A DNA stretch of 64,000 bases. Source: Orbicella franksi (lineage: Eukaryota). A model generated the notes under the pieces. It worked only from the letters and a program-made list of their open reading frames with translations. It made no database searches and had not been told where the DNA came from. The DNA lies in assembly GCA_964199315.1 (NCBI GenBank), contig OZ116707.1:8494001-8558000 (forward strand), written 5' to 3'. How positions within the stretch are numbered: position 1 is the stretch's first letter; the number at the start of each line of letters is the position of its first letter. Positions 50,096-64,000 of this stretch are shown here, in pieces. The position numbers were made by a program, and so were the translations under genes.

Positions 50096-50189
50096 TAAAT
50101 TCCGTCACTGCCGAGGTGAAGTGTCGTGTACAGATTTTTACAACCTTGTGTTTTTAAATTGTCTTTATCGTTAAAAAATTTCGGAACTA

Positions 50190-52450
50190 ATTCCCTAGGA
50201 ACTGAGGTAAACTTTGTATACTTCATCGAGTATTCATTTAAAATATCATCTATGTTTGATAAATTATCCCTGTGACATATTTTATAATCAAGCTCTTCCA
50301 ATTGTTTAGAAATTTCAGATTCCCGCTGAAAAGCATCTCTAGCTTTTCTTTTTGCGAAAGACAAGGTGTGGTCGCGAATTTCCATTTTAATTAATTCCCA
50401 TGCTAATCTTTTGTCCTTCAAAGACTCGTATTTCTCATGTATTCAAGGAATTAATTCACAGATTTCACCTGTGTAATTTTCTTCCTTCAAAAGAGTGTTA
50501 TTGATCTTCCAAAATCCTGGTCCCCTTGGCGAGTTGTTTGGCCATGATAAACAAAGATGAACTGTTTTGTGATCTGGAGCTATTGAGGCCTTAATTCTGG
50601 TGCTTTTGACATGTTTTGGAAGATTCTTTGCGATTAAAATAAAATCCAATCTAGACTTAACATTTAAGGCTTTGGACACGCAGGAATAAGTGTTCAAATT
50701 TGGGTAGCGAGCTCTTTGTATATCTATTAAATCAAAAATTTCCATGGTCATTAAAAGTAAATGCCTGAATTGTGTTGGTTTCCACGTTGTTCCACCTTTT
50801 TTATCTTTTTTTTGTTAATGTGCAGTTCCAATCACCTCCAACAATGAAGTTGGTCAATTCAGATTTATCAACGATGCAATTATTCAGTTCTTGGATAAAT
50901 TCTAATTGCTCCAATGGATTATTTGGTGCATAGATATTGTAGAATGAAACTTTCTGCCCATTTATATTGAGTGTAATGAGAACAATTCTCCCTGAATTGT
51001 TACTAAAAGAGTATTGCACATTATAGCTTATTGAAGGGTCTATCAATATGCAAGTGCCTTTGCTGTGTCGAGACCCATGGGAGAACTACATTTTGCCTCC
51101 CCATTCGTTTTGCCAAATTGTTTCGTCTTTTAGTTCAGAGTAAGTTTCCTGAAAAAAGTAAATGCTTGCCTTTTGATCTTTTAAATATGAAAAGATGCTC
51201 CTTGTCTTTGCCTGATCGCGTATTCCCCTTACGTTGGGTGAGATGACTTTGCACATTAAGTTATTTTGCATTGGAATGTAATTGTGTAGTTTGGAAAAAC
51301 AGACAAAAAAATAAAAATAACAACAAATGCTAGTTCCACTAAATAAACTAAAGAAAAATTAAAGAGATTAAGCTTTCTGCTACGCTTTCTTAGACCACCT
51401 TGAGACTTCCCTCATTTATTACATAGTTCCAGTACTGGTAGCAACTTACCAGCAATCTATATTAACCTAAAGATTATTTAAATCATCCTCTGTATTAATT
51501 CGGATCGGCTAACCCTCGGGTGAAGTCTTGACAAAGATTTTTCCATCTACAGTCCACACTCCTTTAAGTAATCTGTCTTCCTTCCTTCCGTTGGCAATCC
51601 ACACCAGGTTTCGCCCGTACGTTGTCAAATTCTCCTTAATAAATAGGCAGTTTGAAGAGGCCCTAGCTGCTGCAGATGTGCTCGGGAAGAGTTGCGAGAA
51701 ATTGACATTCCTTAGTTAAACTTGTTGCTTGTAGAGTGCCCTCTTAACTTTGTGGCTAATAAATCTTGCTATGGTAGGCTTTGTCTTTTTTCTTTTGATC
51801 CTGTGACAGATGTTGATATCTTCTTGCTTAACGTTGACGTTCAGGGCTTCTACGACTTTCAAAACTGCATCTTCATTGTTGCAAACATTTTCAGGAATGC
51901 CCTCAATCTCAAGGGAATTTTTTCTTGTATATTGTTCGAGTGTGTCCATATTTTTGTAAAGTTCGTCGATTTCTTCTTCCTGCTCTTTCACCTGTTTAGT
52001 CGCTTTCAATTCCAATTTGAGTTCATCGTTGTACTTGAGCGCTGCATTTAGTATTCTTTGGCAGTTCTCAGCTCAGATTCCTGTTGCTTGAAAGAGGTTT
52101 TTAGCTCCGCAACTTGATTAGAAAGTTTGTCCATTGATTTTAGAAGATCTTTCAGTATTGCATGGATATCGAAGAGGTCGGGTTGGTCATCTTCCCGCTC
52201 CACTGCATCTGCAGGCTGACATTCTGCGGACGCCATGTTGACACGTTCAGGATCTGCAATTTCATCGTCGGTGGACCCTCTTTCCCCTCACTTGTTTTTA
52301 CCACCTGTCCTTTTAGGGGGCATATTTTTTACACCACTTTCATGCTGTTGCTGGGTTTTTTCAACTGATTCTGAAGAGTTTTGAGGGAAGACGCCTTTCT
52401 TCACAAGAAAACATGGCCATCGTCGGCCAGCCCGCACATGCTCTCCCAGC
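50190..52450 (-). mobile_element. L1/Tx1-type LINE, 5' part only (5'UTR, ORF1, APE endonuclease), decayed
   Basis: ORF1 ~52323-51480 (LEQYTRKNSLEIEGIPE, ENLT, WTVDGKIFVK). ORF2 APE: NVRGIRD, FQETYS, NIYAPN, GGDWNC, SRLDFILI, PDHK, GPGFWKINN. No RT domain follows. Confidence 0.9.
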
Positions 52451-55400
52451 CTGCACATGCTTTCTCTCAATTGGCTATTCTAGCTAAAAAATTAGACACA
52501 AATGCCATAATCTGCAGTTCATGGTAAACAGTGATCTGCCAGTAAATTAATAATCACGGTGAAATCCCATCAGCTCCCAATATCAATGATAACTTTCAGT
52601 TAACTTAATGCTCAAACTGCCCCCCTCCACCTTTAATGTTTGTTGGTTTTTTTCATTCTTTTTTTGTGAAAGAAGCCCATCCCGTGACATGATGATTAGC
52701 ACTCTGTTTTTACACCAACCACTTTATTCAGAGACAACAACAGGTGTACAAGTTTTCTTCTACTGCGGCTGCTGCTATAACTAGTACTACACATACAACT
52801 TGTATTTCTACTATTTTAGCATTGACTCACTTGACATCAATAGGTGCATACAGCATGCTTGCCTAGATAAAAAGATTAAAGAAATAAAATTCCTATTAAG
52901 AATTCTTAAAAAAGAATGATAATACCCTCAAATGTAAGAAACTTTGAGAAAGCCTACAATAGGATTAATTCAATACTGATGAAATACACCTTATTTGAAG
53001 AAACGTCCATGCACAAAAACCAATTACGATGCAATTCAAATGCATGTGGAGAATGGTTGTCTATGATAGGTTGCATGCATTAAGTCATAAGCTCTCAAAG
53101 GAAACAGAATATCAATCTGGAATATCAATTATAATGGGATACGTCAAGCATACCAATGTTGTCTAACCAAAATCCCATTCAGTCTTATCGTTCATATCAT
53201 ATGCTTTGCACAATGACAGCATTTCTTCGATAAAGGCCAATGTGAAGAGGTTCTGGTGCACGGGAGAATAATTGGTCCTGGCCCCTAACTTTCCTTTAGC
53301 TGATCATTCCACTTCCCAAAACTTTACACTACACTAGGCATTACACTAACTTTATTGTTGACTGTGAAAATAGTTTACTAGCTAACCGCTTTTGTGAAGT
53401 TTATACGGAGTGCTAGATGTTGCTAAGTTATTAATGTTTTAAAAATACCAGTTTGTTCAAAAATTTTATGAACATCTAACTAGAACACGAAACAATTTTT
53501 ACCGACAATTTTCGATTTTATCTCTAAAAATGTTTATTTCTCTCCCAAATATCAAACATCAAACTCACATGTGATAATTGATATCTGTGTAATAATAAAA
53601 CAGCAGCTCCTCAATACGTGCCAGCAAACCTGACACAATAGTATTTCAAAGTCCAGGAGAATATTCCGGTCATTATTTTTGTCAGCAAGGCATGACTTAA
53701 CATTGAAAGGTGACTGGCATAGCAGAGGATAATACAAGGGTCTCTACAATAGCCCGCGCAAAATAAAAATTTCTGAGACACTTCGACCACCAAGTCGCCG
53801 AAAAATCAAACAGAAAATGACAAGTTCTTACAAGCTAAGGAACGAAAAAAATTAAAATAACACAACTTTTCTTTATAGGTTAATTTCTTACTATATCAGC
53901 TGATTGTATATTCTGACATTGGAAATCAACCAATGAAATTGCAGAGACAGAAAGAGTGAAACAGATTACAACACCCGATTCATACGGCGCATTCTGCCAC
54001 GTCACATCAATTAAACAAATTAAATTCGGTTGTCGAATTTCTGCACTTATTCCAGGCGCACTCATCCATGCCATAACTTTTCCAGCTTAAATGCGATTGC
54101 AATGAAACTTTAGGAAAACATTTAGCTAACATTCACTTATAACATCATTAAATTTGATTTCACTGTAAGAAAATATCCCTTAATTTATTGGCGTTCTACT
54201 AGACCCACTTTTAATATATCAGCAAAAAATTTTGCTGATATATATTTGCCAAATTTCTGGTACAAGCTTATATTAACCAAATACATATAGCCAAGTTTCA
54301 GAAAAATCGTCAAAGCAGAAATCGAGAAATATCAAGGTCATCTAAATTCAACTTTAACATTCTTTAAATATTTTCTTTGGTTCTCACTCTTCTACAAAAC
54401 AAGCTGGAAACCCAAACTTCTGCGAGAAGTATCTTCAATGCTTGCTTAACCAGTCTATGTTTGTAACACTTTCTGCAGACGCACATACACGGCAGTATTA
54501 ACTCTGAATTCCCAGAAAAATCTGTGTTCCCAGAATAATCCAGAATAATGACATCATGCTGTATTCACATTCCCATGTTTTTTGAAATAACAACCAAAAA
54601 TGGTTGCTGGTGGTGAAAAAAAGCTTTTACTGAAAAAGGAAAATAAAAAGCTTCAAAATATTTGTTAACAAGGAATATATTCTTATTCCAGAATAAGGCC
54701 AAAAGAACGCACCCTTAAAGTTTCTATTTCTCTGCTATCTTAAATCTACAAACAGTAAAATTAACAACTGCCTTAATACCATAAAACGTTCATCGTTAGC
54801 TATCAATCATACCATTGTGATTCCACATAATTGAAGAGCTTCTCTCAATGCCAGAGAAATGGAATAGGATCCTCTTTCTCTCCAAAACTGTTTGTTAATT
54901 TAAAGTCAGTAACACACCAACAAATTGAAGGCCTTGAAGCTGCTTGAGCCACATGCTGTTGAATAACTATCTGTGGAACATGAATTCAAGTAAATTCTAG
55001 TCAAAAACAATATTGCAAGGCCTAAAGAATATTTCTTTATATACTAGCAATCTATCAAGATCAAACTTGAGCTCTTAATCTGTTAACTATTTCTTAAGAA
55101 TGTTAATTTAAGTCATCCTAGTTGATACCTAGACAATCTTTGCTTGGTTAGACTGACCTACCAGTTAGGTCTACAGTAAACCTTGACCTTGAGGCAAGAA
55201 AGATCGTCCAGGAAGTAGGCCGAATTAAAGTTTTAATTGACTAGGCAAGAGTAATAAATCTCAATATTTTCTGAGATCCAATTATTGGAAGACTGAGGAC
55301 CCAGATTTTACTCCCTCTTTAGAGTTCCTAAAGACAGCAGTTCTACTGAGAGAAAGTACCACCATTGATGTTTCTCAAACAGTGCCACACTTAGGGTGAT

Positions 55401-55949
55401 CATTCCCTGTTAAGAGTATGGCAGTGCAATTTTCCTTTCTCGTCAAAATAGTGATTATTTCTCTTAAATCAGAGTACGATAATTTCCGGTAAGAGTGCTG
55501 TAGCGCAATTTTCTTCTACCATTCTTTTACCCATTCTCACAAGAGATGCTGTTCTGATCATAGTAAAAACCTCGAGTACATGCCAAAAAATTATTGTAGG
55601 CATTACATATTATGGGGCTTTTGACAGTAAATAACCCCGTTAGCTAGGGGCATGCAATAGACCTTCTTGGGGTGTTGGGTGCCATCTTACCTGGTAGGGA
55701 ACACCGACAGAATTACAGTGTTTGAAAGGGAACCACATGGGAAAAAACGTTTTAAAAAATTGAATTTTACACCGTTTGTGAATCACAACGATACGATATC
55801 TCTAGGTAGAATATACTTACCAAAGTTATAGGATTTTGGCTCAGAAGCCAGCATCCAGTTACGTTTTCGATTTTGCAGAATTCCCAGTAAAGTGTCTCTT
55901 CCAAATCCATTGCCAGAGTTTACTGTTTCAACTTTGCAAGACAGCTAGA

Positions 55950-58900
55950 GAAAGCCTGAAGAGTAACTAACAGTAGTTAACCACATTTTCCTGGTCATAG
56001 GACAGACAACAAGAACATCCTTACCATTAACTCTCTGAAATGCTGGCACAAATTTCGATTGAATCCTCTGGACTGGAGGGAAAGTTGCTGGGCCCAATTG
56101 TTCAAACAGATCTTTGCAACAAACTTGCAAGGGTTGGCCAAAGTAATCCTTATTGGGATGATTCTAATACCACATGAAATATGCTAATAAAAACGGTTTG
56201 TACACTCCGGCAACACAGACATTGTCTCAAATAAACTTAATGTAGTCTGCTCGTGGCTCCCACAAACTGGTATCAACAAGTCCGCCTGTTGAAACCCATG
56301 ACGCTAAAATGTAGGAGGAACAAATGGACCTAGACGTCCATGAGCCATACTGTTCGCCACCAACTTCCACGGCAGAAAACCTTTCAAAACTTTTGGTTAC
56401 AGTTTCCTCCTGCACAGCTACATTCAGCGTCTTGTACATTTCCGTGAGATAACTGACTCCAGGCTTGATGGTGGCAGGTAGTGGTAGACAGAAATTTCAT
56501 TCCACAGGTGGGTACTTTCAACTGAGCCATAGCACAAGGAGGCAAGAGGATGGAACGACTGAACAGGTTTAAATTCTGTCTCTCCAAGCCTTCCCAACTG
56601 GTTTGTGCATTGAAAAAGGGGTCCAAAATCACTCTGAAAAGAATCTGGAAAAGCTACTTCTTGAACAGTTTGGTCACGAAGAAATTTTCTCATAAACTGG
56701 AGCTCATTCGACCAATTATTTCTCTGAAAACTTCCCATTAAGCCGTTGTACCGTGTAACGGAAAAAAGCCAGAAAGCATAAGTGGGACTAAAGTCTAGCA
56801 CACTTTCACAAAGATGAGTATGCATGCACATGTTCAGTGTCACACTCTGCACCATAGAGCCTTTTGAACTTCACACAAAATGTCTTTAAAAGTGAGTCGA
56901 CTTTATTACGTCACTGATGGTAACAAATGTTCTGCAAAGTAGCTTGCATGCAATAACAAAAGCCCTCCACACTTCTAAGTGTTCATCTGGAAGTTCTCCT
57001 TTCAATGCCTAAATTGACATTACCAGAGTCCAGGTCTTCCACTGGTCTGCAGTGAATCCTCCAAAGCTAATGGATATTTTGTTTGGCAACCTTCCAAGAC
57101 TTAAGGGAAATCGGACATTGTCTACTTTATCTTGAATTTTCTTTAACTGACCATCATTTGGCAAGAAATTAGGACTGCTAAGCCAAATGTTTTGCATAAT
57201 GTGCTTTGCACTACCCAAGAATAGATTATGCATGAGATCTACGATAGTGAATCTAACACAATCGAAGTAAGGGAGGTGCATCAGTTCAGTATAACAGGTG
57301 CCATGTTTGCTTTCTACCTCCTGTCTTTCTCTTACGGTTGACAGGTTCACGGTTTCCTGCACTTCCTGCGGTGTTCTTGATTACATCTACTTTTGCATTT
57401 ATCGAAGCCGGAGTAATCCCTCTTCTCTCCAAAGGTACCATCGAAAACTTTCTTACACTTGCTGCAAGCTTTATGAGCTGCCATGCTGAGGAATTCACTC
57501 ACCTGAATTAACAGATAGTGTCAGTTAATGGGAGGTTTAGCATCTAACAAGCAAGGGGAGGGAGGCGGCCTAATAACCAAAATGATGGCTTAGTAAAGAG
57601 ACTGGCTCATTATAGTTTCCAGTATTTTGCAACCTTGATACTTTGATGAGTCGTAATACCACTGTAAATCAACTGTTGTTGTAAGTTGTGGCCATTTGCT
57701 TCACATAATTTGTAACCATAGCAAATGTATATCCATTAAAACACCCTTACTTTAGCTTACAGTGCCAAGAACTCAACTCAGTGTTTTTAATGGGTGATAG
57801 TTACAGCTTATCTTGTACCCTTTTGCCTAGCCATGGGAGACCTGGGTTCACCAATCATCAGATCATCAATCATCAATTGTCTCACAGCATTATTTTAACA
57901 TTGTAGACCCAAAACAAACTGGCATCAAATGGACTTGGGTCTGCATTTTTTAAAGTAACTGGGTGACAATAGACATAAGAGAGAAGGGGAAAAAGTTATA
58001 ATACCTACCTAGCTTCTGGTAGATCCAAGGCAATGCACAGAAGAGTGCCTTTAATAATTTTGTCACCAAAGTGCCAAATTGGTCCATAACTATAAAAGTT
58101 CGTCCACCATACGAGACAGATATGTGTTGATCGACTTAGAAGGTTCGTGTGGTCCCGGGATCACACCAACAAGGATGACACTTTCAACTTTGAAAGATTC
58201 ATGTCTAGGAAGGTTCATTATCACAAGGTAAAGAACTCCAACACTGTATCTAGCAAGCGTAAAAGGTTGGAACTAGTCTACGTTTAACATCATTGGAAGA
58301 GACCTGTCTCCAGCAAGGAAAGGTTCTCCCCCAACAAACAAAATGTCGCGCCACACCTTTCCATCTAACACATATGCCAGAATGTTGGAAGATGAACAGA
58401 AATCGCATCCCACCTTCCACGAGTTGCATTTTAACCAAAAATCCAAAAAGGTGTTAGCATGTCTAAAATACGCTTGTAACTGTATACTTTATGTGGGTAC
58501 AACTTAGTGTTACCATCTTTGAGTGTCACCTCCTTTAGAAGATAACCCCTGTTAAGTTCGCCACATGTTGCTTGGAACCTTCCTGTTTTGTGGTTTGGAA
58601 AAGGATGATGAGAACATTTCTTCTGGATTCGTCGGCTACCAAGGGTAGAGAAAAAGTGCGAGAAATTATACAAGGAGTGGCAGTTTGGGCAAACAACATA
58701 CTTCATAAACCTTTCTAGGCCAAGTCCAAGTCTCCTGTGCTAAAAGTAAACTGAGGTCGGCAGGAACATGACAACACCACCAAACCAAGGAGCATAGTGT
58801 TGGCAAATGGTGAACAAAGTATTAAAAAAACCTGAGCATAAGCTCTAACGCATTATCTGATATCTGGAATCTGGAAGTATGCCAGCTCACCAGTATTCTT
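55950..58900 (-). pseudogene. CACTA/EnSpm (Tnp2 / Transposase_21-like) transposase, spliced and decayed
   Basis: KYVVCPNCHSLY, DGKVWR, MLNVD*FQPF...VGVIPGPHEP, VDLMHNLFLGSAKH, GGFTADQWK and NMCMHTHL...FWLFSVTRYNG. Confidence 0.85.
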
Positions 58901-59597
58901 CTCTCCCGAATGAAAATTCCCGCCATTTTCAAATTCTCCCACAGTGCAATCTGTCAGAGCTGGATAAAATGTTTTATGCATGAACTCGAAAAGAATGTTT
59001 GGAAAAAGAAGTTTTAGCTCCCAATGTTATGATAAATACGAGTTAACGACACCAAAATCTTTTGTGAGGGACACATTGAGGCCAGATGAGTTGTGCAAGA
59101 TTGTAATTTATGAATACAGGTGCACAAGAAAATAATTAAATTAGAACTGAAATAATCATCTCTGAAGTGTAACACTACATGATCTGAGGTGTGCATATCA
59201 TTACCACAACATGTAATGAAATGTTTTTATCCAATGGAGGTAGAGGTTTTGAAAAAGTTGTCCTCTATGAAAACAAGTTTACAGTTAAGGACATCACATT
59301 AAAGTGTCCCTAAGGACATGTTTAAATTTCTGTTGCCTGACATATATATTTTACAATTTGTAGATTTCTTTAGTCATAAATAAAAAAAAATGCATAAAAA
59401 TGTTCAATAGCCCTTTTTATAGTTCCCAGCACCATATTGGAATAGTAACCTCACAAACACGATAACAAGGCTGAGGTTGACTCGTGTTGTAACTCAAAGA
59501 GAGATTTCAGGGTGTAAGGTTGTTTTCAACGATTTTACTCGCAAATGGACGGCACTAACAGCACTCAGAGTAGCTCTGCTGCTTCTACTAAAAGAAA

Positions 59598-61050
59598 AGG
59601 GAAGTAGTGTGCTGCTTTTGGATGTTTGAATGCATTTTATGGAGCAGATGGCTCACCAAGACATTTTCATTTCTTCCATTTTCCGAGGGACGCCAAGCAA
59701 AGGAGTCGATGGTGCAACAGTATCAAATGGCAGCATGGAAAAGATGGCTTTTTGTAACAAATTCAAGAAGAAAAAAAGAAGTATTTTTATAAAAACCTCT
59801 TTTGCTATTTTGTGTCTAGGTGCTGAACCCTCACAATTTTCACGGACAGACGAAAATTATTAAATACAAATGCAGATGTTGAAACTGAGGATTTGTATAG
59901 TGAAACTGCTTCATTAGATGGTGATGCACAAGCTACACCAGACTCTACACCAGAAGCTATTAAAAACACTACCAGTTGACCCAGAAGTGGACATGGTTAA
60001 ATCATTGCTTGAGAGGATTGCATTGTTAGAACAGCAAGTCTCCTCGTATGAGGAAAAAATTACCTGACTAGGAAAAGAAAATGCAGATTTGTTGGCACGT
60101 CAATTTTCTCCAGACAAGATAAAGGATGACAATGCAGCCATCATGTTTTACACTGGTTTTCCAAATTATGAGACTTAAATGAGCTTTCATCATTATGTAG
60201 AACCAAAACTTCAAAAAATGCAATATTAGAAAGGAGCAAAGCACTTGAAGGCAAATCAGTCTTACCAAGAAAAAGACATGAACAAACCTGGTCCTTCAAG
60301 GAAACTTTCACACCTTGATGAATTTCTTCTTCTTTTAATGAGACTGAAGGCAGGACTATTTGTCCAAGATCTTGAAGATAGATTTGGAATCAACATCAGC
60401 CTTGTGTCACACATTTGCATCACATGGATAAATTTGCTTTATTTAGAACTAAATGACATATTTCCTTTCCCATCTCAGGAACTTGTGCGCAAAAACATGC
60501 CTCAGGAGTTTGCTGAATACCCCACGACAAGAATTATTTGGGATTGTAGCAAAATATTTATTCAACAGCCATCTGCGATGCTTGTGCAATCTGAAACATG
60601 GTCAGAGTACAAACACCATAACACTTGAAAGTGTTAGTTGGAATTACCCCAAATGGTCAGGTATCTTACCTGTCACACTTGTGGGGTGGGAGGGTATCTG
60701 ACAAGCAAATTACTCGGGAGAGTGGTGTTCTGGACTTGTTGGATGCAGGGGACAATGTAATGGTTGACCGAGGTTTTGACATTTCAAACATTGTGCCTGA
60801 TGGTGTCACTGTTAACATGGCACCCTTTTTGGCTGGAAGGGACCAAATGACTGCGGCCAAGACAGAGGAAACCACGAGTATTGCTTCTGTCTGCATACAC
60901 GTTGAACGTGCAATTGGGAGAATGAAAACATACCACATATTAGATGGCACACTTCCGAACACATTAAGCCCATATGCTATGCAGATAGTCACAGTTTGTG
61001 GTTTATTGACAAACTTCCTTCCTCCATTATTAAAACCTGCTGACCCTTAG
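59598..61050 (+). pseudogene. ISL2EU-type (Harbinger-related) THAP plus DDE transposase, with stops and frameshifts
   Basis: THAP: CAAFGC...FHFPRD...RWC. HTH: EFLLLLMRLKAG...DRFGI. Catalytic core: IWDCSKIFIQQP, YKHHNT*KVLVGITPNG, GGRVSD, MVDRGF and IHVERAIGRMK. Confidence 0.9.
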
Positions 61051-61299
61051 GAATTTTCTTTTTGCACTGTAGATGAAAATATTTGATCATGATACTGGGA
61101 AAATTTATCTTTCATTTTTATTTTTTAACCATATGCTATAATTTGTCACCAAAGTAAAACTATTGTTCTTTTTGGCATGCAACATGTTCTGGATTGAAAT
61201 AGCACAGTTTTACAAGATCACTACAATTTGGCCCATTTATGATTGCATTTGTTAGTGGATAAGAGTTCATAGATTTCTTGTTTGAATGATGGGTGTTCT

Positions 61300-63810
61300 A
61301 AAGTTACCCAAGATCAATCTCAAAATAATAAGTAATTGAAGGCTGTATGCAAGAACGTCCCCTAGATTTTTCGGCCATTTTTGAAAGTGCTTAAAACTAG
61401 CTGAATTTTGGCATGTGGGATTCGTTTCACCTGAGAAACATTGCTCTGAAGTTTTTTTCGCTGGGTTGCTTTTCGTTCTCAAGAAATAACGTATGCAAAA
61501 AAGGCACACAGGTTGAAGAAACCGAGTGGTTTATTGCATATGCAATATCTCGAGAACGAAGCAAACTTTAGTGCGAAAACTACGGGATATTGCTTAACAT
61601 ACCTGAACGAAACTGCATGCGAAATTTGGAGCGTTTTCGACAAAGTTCACTTTTGATTAAAATACCTGACGCCCTTTTCTCATTGAGTCCTTCAAATAAA
61701 CGAAGCCGGGCCTTTGTTATGATAAACAGAGCTGATCCTTTGTTATAATAGCCAAGCCAAGCCTTTGTTATAAGTTGAAGTCTCGCCTCAGTTCATTATA
61801 ACAAAGGATCGGCCCGCCGCGACCGCAAGGACTTTGATTTTACTTAGAAACCAGCAAAATGTCAATTTCACGCAACTTATATAAGCTCAAATTTGTTGAT
61901 TTCAGGTGAAAAGTGCTTAAAATGTTGACTCATGTTAACGCGCGACGGCAAGGATGTTGATTTCTCTTAGAAAGCAGCAAAATGTCAATTTTACGCAACA
62001 GAAAAGCTCAAAAATGTCGATTTTAGGTCAAAAAAGGTTTAAATGCTGATTTCATGTTAACCCGTGACAGTAGGGATGTTGATTTCACTTAGAAAACAGC
62101 AAAATGTTAATTTCACGCAGCGTATAAGCTCAAAAGTGTTGATTTCAGGTCTAAATAGGTAAAAATGCTGATTTCACATTAACGCATGACGGCAAGGATG
62201 TTGATTTCACTTAGAAAACAGCAAAATGTTAATTTCACACAACTTATAAGCTAAAAATTGTTGATCTCAGGTCTAAATAGGTAAAAATGCTGATTTCACG
62301 TTAACGCGTGATGGCCAGGATGTTGATTTCACTTAGAAAACAGCAAAATGTTAATTTCACGCAACTTATAAGCTAAAAATTGTTAATTTCAGGTCTAAAT
62401 AGGTAAAAATGTTGATTTCACGTAACGTGTGACAGAAAGGATGTTGATTTCACTTAGAAAACAGCAAAATGTTAATTTCACGCAACGTATAAGCTCAAAA
62501 ATGTTGATTTCAGGTTTAAATAGGTAAAATATGGCGGCCGGTAAATAGTGTTAACATCTGGAACTTACTTTGGTTATCTGGGACAAGGATTATCTGCACT
62601 GAACAAATAAACATCAAATAAGCACTTTTCCAAATACAGCAACGTCTTAAATGGCTAAAAATCACGAGATAAGTACATATTTTTCGACAAACGCGATCGT
62701 AGCTTTATGTCACGCACCGCCTAACAGATTAACAAATTAACCCTTCTGCGCAATGTACGGGTCTCCATACATCTGCATGTCCGCTGATCCCAGAAGTTCA
62801 AAACACTACAAATCATGCCGATATGAAATAAAATCAACGCAACCTGGATCACAGATCTATGTTACAATCGATCACTACTTGTTGGCCATTATTATCTTTA
62901 AATGAAAAAAAGCCAAAACAATCTAGTTACCAGTTTGAGAAACGCGAGCAGAGCGTGATCGCAATGCATGCTGGGAAGGGTCTTTACACCTTGTGCGTGG
63001 GAAAACATGGCGGTCGATACAAGACAAATTTTATAAGTCAAAAACCAGTTCTCGCTTTCCAAACTTTGACACTAGCCATGCTTGGCAAATGAGCCACAAC
63101 TCACAAGAGGGTATTTTTCTTGGGCAAGAACTGCTGTTGGACTTTGCTGCCTGGCTCGATCTGACTTCGAACGCCAATAACACGATTACAGTATATCAGC
63201 TACCTTTGAAGTTTCAGAACACATTTTGATTCTTTAAAACGTGCTGATGACTTATGGGTAATTATCGAGGCTTTATGATGCCTCTCAACCACCAGGCAGG
63301 CACACAAGGTACTTTCACACAATGCTTAAGATATTAGTTGACAGAGCTCTAATGCGGCACATCTCTTTTTTGTTCAATGGTATTTCATTTGCCGCTTGAT
63401 TGATTCACGTGTTGTGTTTACGTCACAATAACTGATGTAAACAATCTGTTCCCAGATTTCCGTTCTATATACTATTTTCCTTTGACTTTAAGACAGCTAA
63501 GATTCAGTGGAATACACTATAAACAGTCTGCCTGTTTGCTGTTCAACAAACTAATAAGGTTTCTTTTGTTTTTTGTTCAACAAAAGATCTCCAAAAGATG
63601 CTGCTTGGAAAACTGAGCTTTTTGCATACGTTCTTTCTCGAGAACGAAGAGCGCCCCAGCCAAAAAAAATTCAGAGCAATGTTTCTCCGGTAAAACGAAG
63701 CCTACATGCCAAAATTCAGCTATTTTTGAACACTTTCAAAATGGCCAAAAAATCTAGGGCACATTCTTGCACGCAGCCTTTCAATTTTGTTAACATTAAT
63801 TATTTAGGAT
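61300..63810. repeat. Inverted pair of ~200-bp repeats (61300-61505 and 63615-63810) bracketing the satellite
   Basis: The reverse complement of 61330-61505 aligns with 63617-63785 (CAGAGCAATGTTTCTC.GGT.AAACGAA..C.ACATGCCAAAATTCAGCTA). Confidence 0.75.
61830..62530. repeat. 122-bp tandem satellite (~5.8 copies) with internal AAAATGYTGATTTCA subrepeats
   Basis: GGATGTTGATTTC recurs at 61952, 62074, 62196, 62318 and 62439. Confidence 0.95.
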
Positions 63811-64000
63811 TTCATCTTCCTTAAGCTTAGTAGTTTAATTCTGAAAAAAATCTAGTTTTCGGAGTATCACTTGTGTATTGAAACTGAAAAAAGGTGATTG
63901 GTAATTCTTGTGGAATAAGGCCCACTGGATTTGAGAGAACACAAATAATTAATTTTTTTTCCTCTATCGACTTGTGATTCTGGTTCTCTAAAACATTGCA

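Noticed and set aside
52950-53290. Protein-like minus-strand fragment
   Set aside because: Multiple stops and no motif I could assign to a family.
54214-54243. 30-bp near-perfect palindrome ATATATCAGCAAAAAATTTTGCTGATATAT
   Set aside because: Isolated and AT-rich, next to a repeat end; no evidence of function.
1-64000. rRNA, tRNA or prokaryotic operon/IS annotation
   Set aside because: No cloverleaf or rRNA signature was seen. GT-AG introns and eukaryotic TE families show this is not prokaryotic DNA, so most short ORFs in the track are spurious.

Overview
Eukaryotic, repeat-dense, intron-containing DNA. The repeat families resemble those of scleractinian corals (Porites-like); this is inferred from recognition of repeat motifs and was not verified by search. 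The window is mostly nested, decaying transposons: two Ty3/Gypsy LTR elements, Harbinger, ISL2EU/THAP, two Tc1-like relics, LINE fragments (L2/CR1-like, RTE, L1/Tx1), a Penelope fragment, an IS3EU-like integrase fragment, CACTA, a complete piggyBac (TTAA plus 15-bp TIRs) and a 9.5-kb Sola3 element with ~1-kb TIRs. Splicing by eye recovers three multi-exon genes that the ORF track fragments. (1) An apparently intact 3-exon, 301-aa Merlin (IS1016/ISXO2-like) DDE transposase. (2) Head-to-head with it across 191 bp, an 11-exon gene ending in a PHD finger, with tandemly duplicated phase-1 exons. (3) A decayed RING/TRAF-zinc-finger/MATH-like gene. There is also a decayed HUH-endonuclease plus SF3-helicase Rep (Replitron-like or ssDNA-virus-like) and several palindromic tandem arrays. 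No rRNA, tRNA or CRISPR array is supported. All calls come from manual translation and motif recognition; boundaries of decayed elements are approximate.
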